From: Podarcis tiliguerta | Lineage: Eukaryota | Reading direction: 5' to 3' (one strand) | Assembly: GCA_965153285.1 (NCBI GenBank) | Contig: OZ229114.1 | DNA: 64,000 nucleotides | Shown here: positions 17,122 through 27,700 of the stretch, in pieces | How positions within the stretch are numbered: position 1 is the first letter of the stretch | Layout of the letters: the number at the start of each line of letters is the position of its first letter | Notes under the pieces: model-generated | Databases searched by the model: none | The model's input: only the letters and a program-made list of their open reading frames with translations | Told to the model about the DNA's origin: nothing | Program-made: the position numbers and the translations under genes

Positions 17122-17721
17122 TGCTGCACACCACTCCAATCCCCGAACGGTGCAGAATTCCAGGCATTCCAGGTTCCATGCTTACACGGGGTGCATGTTT
17201 CCTTTTGGAAATGAGGCATAGTGGAGACTGTGGTGTCTTTATGTTATGTGGTTTATTTACATATATATTCAGCCCAAGCCTGCAATGGAGGGGTTCACAG
17301 CATTAACACCTCAAAAGGGTCTTGTTTCTCCCACAGCCGCAGCCTTGCATTCAGCCACAGCGCTCTCTGCCTTCATCAGCCAGTAACCTTTTTTCCCTTT
17401 GGGTCACATTACAGCCAACTCTCAACTCTGTTTGTTTTCGCTATTTAAAAGCTGGAGGTAGGGCCCTACTCATTTGGTGTCTAGCACAGAGTCCCCCCTC
17501 TCCTTTGCTCTCTTAATGGCCTATCACTTTTCCTTTGCTCTTTTCTTAATGGCCCATCATTAGGAGATTGCCTGAAGCTTGCCTGGTTTATATTTTTAGC
17601 ACTTTTGGATACAGGGATTTAAAAGGTCTGGCATCCAGTTTAACATCCCAAGCCCTGATTAAATTCTAACACTTCCTGGATCCATGTATTATAGATGTCT
17701 GGCACCCACAAACTCATAGCA
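17122..17721. mobile_element. Solo LTR, copy 1 (Gypsy-like)
   Basis: TGCT...AGCA termini, flanks ATAT/TTAT, homologous to 24814-25319, internal AATAAA on the minus strand. Confidence 0.65.
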
Positions 17722-18209
17722 TTATGCTCTCATGAGGAGAATAGCTATTCTGAGTATCAGTCCACCAGTCTTTATTATTGCACTAATACCCCAAGTCCAT
17801 TCCTACTGTCATCAAAACATCATTGCTATAAAGGAATTGTTTAGACAATAACATTTGAGTTCGCTCACAGTCCAACTTTATTGGACTTGTAAGTAGAGTT
17901 CTAAGAATATTTTTTGGGAAAGCCCACAAACTTAAGCTCTTGAGAACTGCATGTAGATGCTACATGTAATAACAGGTTCAAAGAGAAGATCCAACTCCAA
18001 CTTCTGTGCCTTGAACATATCGTGTGAAATTACTGTGGCATGTACATAACATAATTGGAAACTTCATCACCATGCATTTCGGAAATAATTGCATGTTCAC
18101 ATACATTTTGTTTTTTCTAAGGCAACTTCAGCTATTCCTAGGGAGGTGTTGGTATACTTTGGTCTCTATTGTTCTCCTACATCCTCTCTACCTCCAGATG
18201 CTTACTGTG

Positions 18210-18483
18210 AGAATTATAGAATCATAGAGTTGGAAGAGACCACAAGGGTCATCGAGTCCAACCCCCTGCCAAGCAGGAAACACCATCAGAGCACTCCTGA
18301 CATATGGTTGTCAAGCCTCTGCTTAAAGACCTCCAAAGAAGGAGACTCCACCACACTCCTTGGCAGCAAATTCCACTGTCGAACAGCTCTTACTGTCAGG
18401 AAGTTCTTCCTAATGTTTAGGTGGAATCTTCTTTCTTGTAGTTTGTATCCATTGCTCCGTGTCCGCTTCTCTGGAGCAGCAGA
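18210..18483 (-). mobile_element. CR1 LINE 3' end
   Basis: (ATTCTATG)-like tail repeats and a typical CR1 3' UTR. Confidence 0.9.
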
Positions 18484-21400
18484 GCAATTGTGTATTCATT
18501 GAAATCATTTGTACCTGCTTTAATTAAAAATGGTTTTGCATTTTCAAGGTTATTTCCTATCTAGGAGCCTCTAGAGACACATTTAATGCACGCCTCAGAT
18601 TGCACGAGGGTAGAAAAGATTGGGAGGGGGAGATTGCTTCACCTTGGTAACAAGGAATCGTTACGGGGCAGGAACTAAGGAGGGGGCAAGAACAGAACAA
18701 GCTGGTCACAGATGAGGCCTCTGGTGTCCCGTTTGCATATTTTTGTCTACAAACATTTTTGAAGTGTTTGAAGAGGGGAAGCCCCTACTCACAGCCGTAC
18801 TGTCTGATTTTCTTTGCAGTAACACAGCATGTTGACATCACAGCTCAAGCAAGGCAGTTCTGGGACATCATTTATAACTAGCTCCAAACAACCAGCTGGT
18901 TTCAGAGGGAGGTGGAATGCACTCCACATCCTCCTCAATGGTTGTATATGATTACTGCAATAGAATGAAACTGGCCTACACTAGGTGCTTGGCTCATCTG
19001 TGTAAGTGCTACATTTTTTTCATTCTTTGCAAAAACTCAGCACATCTACAGTGAGGATGTAAAAGTTAAGTAACCTCCTAGTGCTTGCTTCAGCCTTTCA
19101 GCCTTTTCAAAATCACTGTTAGGCCAAAATATGTAACCCAATTATTGCTATGTACACCTGTCTTCCCTGCTTTTTACCTCCCAATTATTTCCCTATATAA
19201 AAACTAAATCCCAAAACAAAAATGATGGAACAATGCTACCAGTGCAAGCCATGCTAGGTAGCATGTTCCAAACCAGCAGCTGAAGACCGTTAACTGATAG
19301 TTAAGAAAACTGAGGTATAGCGAGAAAGCAAATACTTCAGAGACCTATAATGGGCTATATAGCTCGCCACTTGAAATCTGTCTCAGTACCCACATTAACA
19401 AAGGCAAATGGCTTTAATTTCTAGGCCTACTTAATGTTTGTCTCAGTTTAAATATATTATCATCCAACAGCTCAGCCTGTGCTGGACATTAGGTGCAAAA
19501 CCATGAAACAGTAGAACAAACATTAAATCAGATGTACAGTGTAGGGACTTCCTACACATACTTGCCTTTAAAAAAAATTAACTCTGCTAGGGGCAAAATT
19601 GTATCAACTCAGGATTTTCTCTTACAAGTCACCTTTAGCAGCAGCTATTTATATAGCAAGCTCTTCAGGGTAAAGAACACATCTTAATCTGTGTTTGCAA
19701 AGCACAGTGTAAATTTAAAGTCCCGTAAAAGTGGAATGTCCGGGAATAATAAAGCTGTATGAGCTTTATAATGAACTGTTTGCCTCTCAAGTGGGATGAA
19801 ATAGAATCCTCCAAGCCAGTTTTTGTTTGGTTTGGTAACAGCTCCCCCATCATTTTCCCCCACCCACTTTACAGAACACGACAAGATGAGTCACACAACT
19901 CTCTTTTCGGGAATGTCAACAAAAGAGACTGAAGACTGTGCAAAATTACATAATAATAAACTATATTAAATTGAAATTAGCTTGCCATTTGCAAACTGCA
20001 AGGCTGACAATTTTCATACAATAGTAAGACCACTGTAGTTAAACCAGTGTTTTCATTATTAGTGGAGTAATATGGAGTAGCCAGGAGTAGCCCTCCAGAT
20101 GTAGTCTAGCAGATGTAGACCAGTGGTATGTAGGCTTGGTCGGATGGTAGGTAGTCCAACAACATCTATCAGTCTGCACCAAAAAACAGTAAAAAGCCTG
20201 CCTGTTAAAAGCCACATCTTAACAAGACAGCAGAACAAAACAGGAAGGCTTACTTGAGAAGGGTATTCCATAATCCTGACATGGCAAATGAAATGGCCTT
20301 CTTTCACAAAGTCAATGGTGGAACCCAGTGCAGGATCTCTTGAGTTCTCAGGAATGAATTTATAGAATATGGTCCCTAGGCCATTCAGGGGTTTTCCAGA
20401 CACCTTGAATTAAGCCCCCAAACAAGCAGAAAATCAGTGGAAATTACAAAGGGGCATAGTAATGTGCTCTATCCAAACAGCCCCAGACAAAAACCTGACA
20501 GCAATCTTTTGGACCTCATGCTTTTCAATGGCAGCTCCACGTAAAATTTGGTAAAGGTGACTAGTTTGGAGTTTTTAAAACATGGAAAAGTCATAAAGGT
20601 TTATTTATTTTGATTTTCATATCCTACTCTGGTTTTGGGAGGTTGTGGGAGCTTATTACAGAATTAAATTTTATATATTCCACGTCTGTCACAAGACTCA
20701 AAACTGCAGTGTATAAATTATGCCAGAAGGAAAAGAGGAGACTAAAAGTTGGCCAAGGCACAATTCTCATTAGTAAAGCTGCTTAACTAGTACTTATCCT
20801 AGTTCACACTGCGGACTCCATAGAAAGCTCCATCTTATTGCAGCTCAAGTAAACTAACAGTCCATCCTTCTGATTCTTCAAATTTCTTCCAATACGTTCA
20901 GTAAAAAAAGACAGGTCACATGATTACAAGGTCAGAGTTAAGCAAGCCTACCTGGTATGGGGAGGAAAGAGTTATGGTGGATGCACTAACAAATCTGAAA
21001 TAGAATTGGGAGCAGGCAGTGTTTTTCCTCCCCCCCTCCCCCTTTGCATCCGTGGGCCCCCTTCACTCAAAATGGTCCCTGCAATGGTCCCAGTGAGAGG
21101 GAAAATTAGTAAATCAGCTGGTACTTCCGCCCCCTGTTTCCCCTTCTCAGGATTGAGAGGACTTTGGGATCCAGCATTCCCTCTTTTCGCCATTACAGCA
21201 TGACAGCAAGAAGAGTGAAGGGCAGTTCTGAACATGCAAGAGGGAGATTTCCAAGGACAAACGTTTTCATTAATGGGTCTCCCTCTTCACAAGCCCCACA
21301 GGATCGTTCTATACATCTCCTATTTAAATAAATGGGACTTAACTTTGGCTGCATTGTGCCCATACTGTACATAATATTCGTATCATAATATATAGCTTTA

Positions 21401-23617
21401 ACAAGGGGATCTGCAACAAAAGTTGTTGTGTATAGTACTCCTATTCAGGGCACAAACCACTCAGGAAACCCATCTGCTGTGCCTTCCGCCACCCACACTT
21501 CTGCTTTTCCTGTTCCCCACCCACCTAACAGACAACCGGCATTTCATAGCCACTGAGCATGCTCACTGAATTGGTATATTTGGGGTAGGGGGGCTGCCCC
21601 CTTAGGGTCTTTTTTTCTAGGGGAGGGGGATGTTTCTGCAAATCTTGGGGCTTGTACAAGTCTGCTGAAACCTCTCTCTTGTACCTGGATGGTGTCAAGG
21701 ATCAACACTCAGAGAACGAGTTTGCTATTCATATATCATACGAATTTGCAACTAGCTGGTACATTGTAGTGGTCAGACAGTGTCAAATTCAGATCCGGAG
21801 GTATCTGGGTACAAATTCCCACTCAACCGTTAATTTCACTACTTGATCTTTGGCCAGCCATTGTCTCTCAGCCTAACCAACCTCACAGGGTTGTTGTAAG
21901 GATACACTGGCGAGGGGAGGCAGACATCTATGCCGCCTTGATTTTCTTGTACAGTAATAAAGAATATAAATATAAATAGGATTAATGCAAGAGTGTTGCA
22001 ATAATTCTATAATTACTACCTAGTTCAGTTTGCCATAGCTTTCCAACCACTCAGAAATAAAATGAAGTGGTGACATACTGTTTTACAAATACATTCAAGG
22101 GCATTCTTCCACATGCAGGTAAATCAGAAGTTGCAGGTGGCCTACTTACAATAACATAGCTCCGGGTTATAGAGATAGGGAAAGCGAGCACAGCTGAACA
22201 GTTAGGAAAACACAGCATCTGGAACCATTTTATGCCTCATCTATCAATCTGCTTTATGGGACTGGAGAATTAACATTTCAAACCACACATCATTGCTTCA
22301 TGACTGATATATCCCAGAACTGTGGTCATTACTTCACCCCAAAGCAATGCGGATGGACATCTGCAGAGGTCACATTGAAGGATCATGGGTAACTACCTTC
22401 CAATGTCTTTCAATTAAAAGTTGCAATAAAATTTTATATGTTATAAAGTTAGCAGAGACTGTAAGAAATATTCCAATATAACCCCACATTTCCACATCTC
22501 CAAAGGTCTTTTAAACATCTCAGTAAGCTTATATTTCTCAGTGACAGCAGGGGGGCAAAAAAAAAACCCATGAATACCTTCAGATAAATGCAGCAGTGTT
22601 TTTTTAAAAAGTCATTTCAAAGTTAAGAGTTTCTGCACAACTTAAGAGGCTTGGTGTCATACAGTGTAGCTCTTGTATTATTTGATAATTCTACCCCCAC
22701 CCCCTACCCCCCAAAAACGAAGACACATTTAGGAAGTGTTGTATTAAGAACTATTTGTCATGCTGGAACAGGTTGGCCAAGCTATAGGAAATATATTCGA
22801 TATACTGCTTCATCCCCAATCCCAGCCCACTATTTCGCCAATGTAGCGTTGAAGTTGGAGAAGGGCAGGATCTACTCTTACAGGGTTTTATGGTTCATTG
22901 AAGCTGTAGAGATCTGCACAGTCCTGCATCAGCCACAGGGACTGGAGTTTCCAGAGAAGCAGGGCAGTCTCAACTCGCTCAGCATTGAATTCACCTTCAC
23001 TGGCACAAGCCACTACTTGCATAACAGCAGCTTAGGCCAATAAAACAAGGTCAAGGTGCTACATAGAATGTTATCTCCCAACGAAAGGTTTGCAGAATGT
23101 AAGGGTTTGTCTATAAGGCAGCAGGTCACGTGTCAAAACTGGGTACAGTTGCAGCTGATCCCAGTAGTTATACTTGATACTAATCTGGGAGGAAAAATAC
23201 TTATACCATAGGGACAGTGAAGTGGGGGCAAACAAAGCACCCACAAATCTGTAGACAGTCTTTTTCATACTAGAAAGTACTGATTAAGTCATGGGGCAGT
23301 ATTCTAACAAGTCCCGTCAGGATTTCCTATTGGGCAACAGAACTTCCCTTTCTCTCCTGTGGTGAGGCCTATGGTGATAATGAATGCCATTGTTAAATTT
23401 TATGCCACATTTACTCACTGCTCAATTTTTATTATTGATTCTGTGGGTCATTCTTCAACCTTGTATTGCCTGTTTGTACTTGGGAGGCACCCTGAGAATA
23501 CCTTGGGTGCTTTTCAACTAAGTTTTACTCAGAGTAGACCCATTAAAATTAATGGACCTAACTTAGCCATATTCATTCATTTCAATGGGTATACTCTGAG
23601 TAAAACGTAGCTGATTA

Positions 23618-23859
23618 CAGTGGTACCTCGGGTTAAGTACTTAATTCGTTCCGGAGGTCCGTACTTAACCTGAAACTGTTCTTAACCTGAAGCACCACTT
23701 TAGCGAATGGGGCCTCCCGCTACCGCCGCACCGCCGGAGCACAATTTCTGTTCTCATCCTGAAGCAAAGTTCTTAACCTGAAGCACTATTTCTGGGTTAG
23801 CGGAGTCTGTAACCTGAAGAGTATGTAACCTGAAGCGAATGTAACCCGAGGTACCACTG
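23618..23859. mobile_element. Tc1/mariner (Tigger-like) MITE
   Basis: TIR CAGTGGTACCTCGGGTTA...TAACCCGAGGTACCACTG, TA target duplication, five internal TAACCTGAA repeats. Confidence 0.92.
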
Positions 23860-24813
23860 TACCAACCTTTATGTTGAAGGGAGGCATATGCGTCTTAGAA
23901 ACAAATAAAGTTAGGATTTTAGTTTATAGACTGCAGATTAAAGGCTAGCAAAATCAGCTTCAGCTCAACGTATCTCTGCAGAAGACTGACACATTAGTCA
24001 AACTTTAAAGATATTCAAAATACTACTGTTTTATGTCTGTGTTGCTCCCATACCTACTGTATTATTATGCGTGTGGTAGTCACAAGACCATTGTATTATG
24101 CATGTACAGATCACACATCCTTAACATGTGGCCTTGCTGATTTTTTTAAACCTGTTCAATGCACTGTGTAAATGTCTTGAAGTAGATTAGGTATAATGTA
24201 CTGTGACCATATAAACAATCTAAATTTGCAAATAAATAAGAAGGATGGGATGAGGAGCCAAAGCAAGAAAATGGGAGGTGGAAAAGGGGATTCACTAGTT
24301 AGTTTTCTCAACTGTTAAGACAGCGAGTGATTATACCACTTAGAAAAACATGGACTCTTTCGGTAAGGCAAGAAATATCTGAAATATTGTTTTTTCCCTT
24401 TTACTGTATCATTTACATACGGGCAGCAAAGCCGTTCAATCTTTCTGAGTTGTATCCAGGTAAGTCAGATTAGACACACTGATTAAGTTAGTCAAAGCTA
24501 TTGATTTCAATGAGACTATTCTGCATGTAACAAAGGCCGCAATCCTAAACCCAGTGATTTTTTCCTGCGGGCACTCAAGGGTACGCAGTACCTGCACCTT
24601 TTTTCTGGAAGAAAAGCACTGGTTTAAAATGTGGCACTTAGTGTAACAACTTCATGGTGAGCACTGGCACCTCCCCCCCCCCGAACCCCACTGATTGCCT
24701 AAACCCCACTGGTTTCAATAGGACTTCTGAGTAGACATGATTTGGATTTTGCTGCTAGTTGGCTACAACGCTTTGATTGTAGAAGCACTGCCATGAGCGC
24801 ATCCATTTAATAT

Positions 24814-25319
24814 TGTTGTACACCAACCCCAATCTCTGAGCAGTGCGAGATTCCAGGGGCTTACCCAGGGTCCATGTTTCCTTCAGGAATAAGGCATAGT
24901 GGAGACTGTGGTGTCTTTTAAAATACATGGTTTATTTACACATATATACAGTCGGAGCCTACAATGGAGGGTTTCACAGCAATAGCATCCCAACAGGGAC
25001 TTGTTTCTCTCATAGCTGCAGCCTTGGATTCAAAAAGAGATCAAACATTACTCTGACTCTTTCTCGAGCTTGCTGCTTTACTTCTAGGTCACATCACTGC
25101 AACTCTCAACTCCAAAATCTGGCTTCCTTCTTCTAACTAACCACAAGCTGGGGCCCCACCCATTTGCTATCTCACATAGAGCGCCTTTCCTTTGTTTCTT
25201 TTAATGGCCCATCACCTTAACACAGGAAGATAGCCTGGGTTATATTTTAACACTTGCTGGATCCAGGAGTTAGAAGGATCTTGCATACAGCCTACTTCCT
25301 CTATCCCAAACTCAATACA
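24814..25319. mobile_element. Solo LTR, copy 2 (Gypsy-like)
   Basis: TGT...ACA termini, ATAT on both sides (24810-24813, 25320-25323), shares AGGCATAGTGGAGACTGTGGTGTCTTT with copy 1. Confidence 0.7.
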
Positions 25320-26989
25320 ATATGCATATCCCACCTCATCTGATTTGTTTGTGACACCTCAGACTCCTTACATTAAGACAAGAATGAGTTGACAGAAAGT
25401 AGATTTTGATGGTGGGGTACCATGAGAATCAGGACCATGTTAGGCAAGTTCAATGAAAATAGATTTCTCTATAATATCTTATTCTGATGGGTAGTTGTAA
25501 TCTTTCCTTAAGATATATTTAAGATAGGCTACAATATTGCCAGGTAGAGTCTAGTTCACAGTAGACTCTATATGTCCATATATTTGTCCATATATTTGCA
25601 TATATAAACATGCAGCAAATGGTGTGGACCTCTTGTAGAAAATCTATTTTTCTCTCATGATTGTGGAGAAATGGTAGGAAACGTTCATGAAACCCAATCC
25701 ATGTCATTAGTCCTTATAATTTCATTCATTATTGGGCCCCACACCGTTAAAAATACAATTCCATTTTGGAACGTCGTGCCTGTGCAATATACTGTGTAAT
25801 TAAGATCATCCAACATGTTTGCTGGAACTGTGATATTTTGAAAGCAAACCAACTGTAAAATAGGGATTTCTGGAATCACATAGCACTCGCCCTGGGTGAC
25901 ATCTTTGTATCATGTACACTGTCAGGGTGTGAAACCACGAAAGCTTAAAAGGAATGAATTACTTCCTTTTAGAGACCAGTTGGTAAAGTATTGGTATTGC
26001 TCCTGGGAAATTTTGACCTAATCTCGTTTCAGACAATGACTCATTTAGATAAGTCACTTTCAACCTCAGTTCCTTAATTTGGGTGGGGATTTGTAACATT
26101 AGCCAACCTCACCAAATTGGGTTTTTTTTCTGAGGGAAAGCAATAAAATAATGTAACACTCTTCATAGTAGAATCCTAGGCATGATTACTTAGGAGTAAG
26201 TCCCAACATGTCCAAAGGAATTTAAGGTTGCAATCCTGTGTACACTTACCTGAGAGTAATCTCCACACACACAGCAGGACTTCTGAGAAAACGTACAAAC
26301 AACTGCAGCCTTAGATTGTAGTGTGCATGTACAGGATTACACCCTTATCCTATTAAAAATATAAATACTTTGTCATAATTAGCATTTAACTAGAGCTCAA
26401 CTCAATAGCCATACAGTTCCTACGCAATCAGATCCTGTGCCTCATTCTAAAATATATCCTCATTCCATGCAATTTATCACCTGACCTGCATTTATTAAGA
26501 ATATCCCACTGAAATCTAGAGGATGTAGAAATGAACTAAGAACACCAAACCCACCCCCAATAATCTACTTTTAAAATCTGACCAAACTATAAAAGAAAAT
26601 GTTTTTTTTAAAAATAATAACTTGCTTGTTTAATAAAAGGCAGAGTAGAAAATATATGTGGGTTACATAGGGTTGCCACAGCTCCCCACCATGCCAATGA
26701 TTCCCATCAGCTGCCTGAAAGGGACCGCTTTTCACAACTTGGAAGTACAGTGAAAGTAAGAACTTCACCTGCTGAATTTCTGCTTGTCGCTGCCAGTGTG
26801 GTGATGTAGTGGTTACAGACAAGGTCTGGTTAGAAGACTAAGGATTGAAGCAACCCAGGTGTGACCCCAAATTCAGCCACGAAGCCACTGTATCGTGAGA
26901 GTTGTGAGAATGAAACGAGGGAGTGAAGGGGGAACCATATGGGAAGCCTCGACCTCCTTGGAGGAAAGTCGGGATGAAAATGATTTTTT

Positions 26990-27700
26990 GATATATTTTT
27001 TTGCAAAGCCGCCCAGGGTGGCTGGGGGCGACCCAGTCAGATGGGCCCCGGGTACCAATGATAAAATCATCATTTTTTATTATTATTAGCCTGGGCTCTT
27101 GACTTCCTGCCTCAAGAATGCGCGTCCCCACCCCGCAGCGCGCGCCCAAAGTCAGAGCAGGGGAAGTCCTAGTAACGAAACCACCCCCGTTCGCCGTTGC
27201 CACAGCGGCAGCTCTTCCCCCTTCCGTCTCGAGCGGAACCTTTGCGACGAGGCTCCGGGGCAGAAGCGGAGGGAATTCGCAAGCGGCCCTGGCGCAGGCG
27301 GGGAAAGAGGCGAGGCCTACAAGGCACTGGCGGCTGCTGCTGCTTCTTCTGTTGGGTCCGCTGGAAACCGCTTCCTTTCTCGTCGCTGGCTGGCCGGTCG
27401 GGGTGAGTGTCCCTCGTGCTGCAAGCCCAGTCCCCTTTGGGGGCGCCGCGCCCTGGTCCTCCGTTGTCCCGGCTCCGAGGAGAAAGAGGAGGAGGCGCTG
27501 CAAGGGGAAAGGAAGCCGGGCGGGAAGGTCACCGCGAGGGAGCCCGGCGGCGGTGGCCGCTCCTTTCGCTTTCGTATTGCTTCTCGGGCTCGTCTGGACC
27601 GTGTAAAGCGCCTTCCTGTGCAACCTCTTTCGAGAGGCCTCAGACCCTGGGTGACTTGAGAGGGGGGGAGGCGAGTCTCTGGGAAACTCAGCCAGGTGGG
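26990..27700. promoter_or_regulatory. ATAD1: CpG island / ATAD1 promoter with non-coding exon 1 (probable donor GG|GTGAGT after 27402); probably bidirectional
   Basis: GC/CpG-rich island 3.7 kb upstream of the ATAD1 ATG exon, with ETS-like CTTCC/GGAAG motifs and a consensus donor at 27403. Confidence 0.75.

Larger units (their letters stand above)
18639..25943 (-). pseudogene. Putative unitary (spliced) pseudogene, ~7 decayed exons, ~720 codons, unidentified protein with a possible START/SRPBCC-like region
   Basis: Exon remnants at 25943-25630, 23184-22079, 20894-20799, 20403-20254, 19935-19633, 18954-18793 and 18674-18639. Most have polypyrimidine+AG acceptors and GT donors joining in phase 0. 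The translation is protein-like but interrupted by stops and frameshifts. Confidence 0.72.

Noticed and set aside
22651-23043. 130-aa plus-strand ORF
   Set aside because: Antisense shadow of pseudogene exon B; the splice signals support the minus strand.
24362-24466. Two plus-strand GTAAG donors suggesting upstream ATAD1 or lncRNA exons
   Set aside because: The implied intron is only ~64 nt, and the second donor abuts a palindromic repeat that naturally carries GTAAG.
17122-25319. A single 8.2-kb provirus bounded by the two LTR copies
   Set aside because: No gag/pol/env remnants are visible, each LTR has its own ATAT-like flanks, and the interior contains spliced-gene exons.
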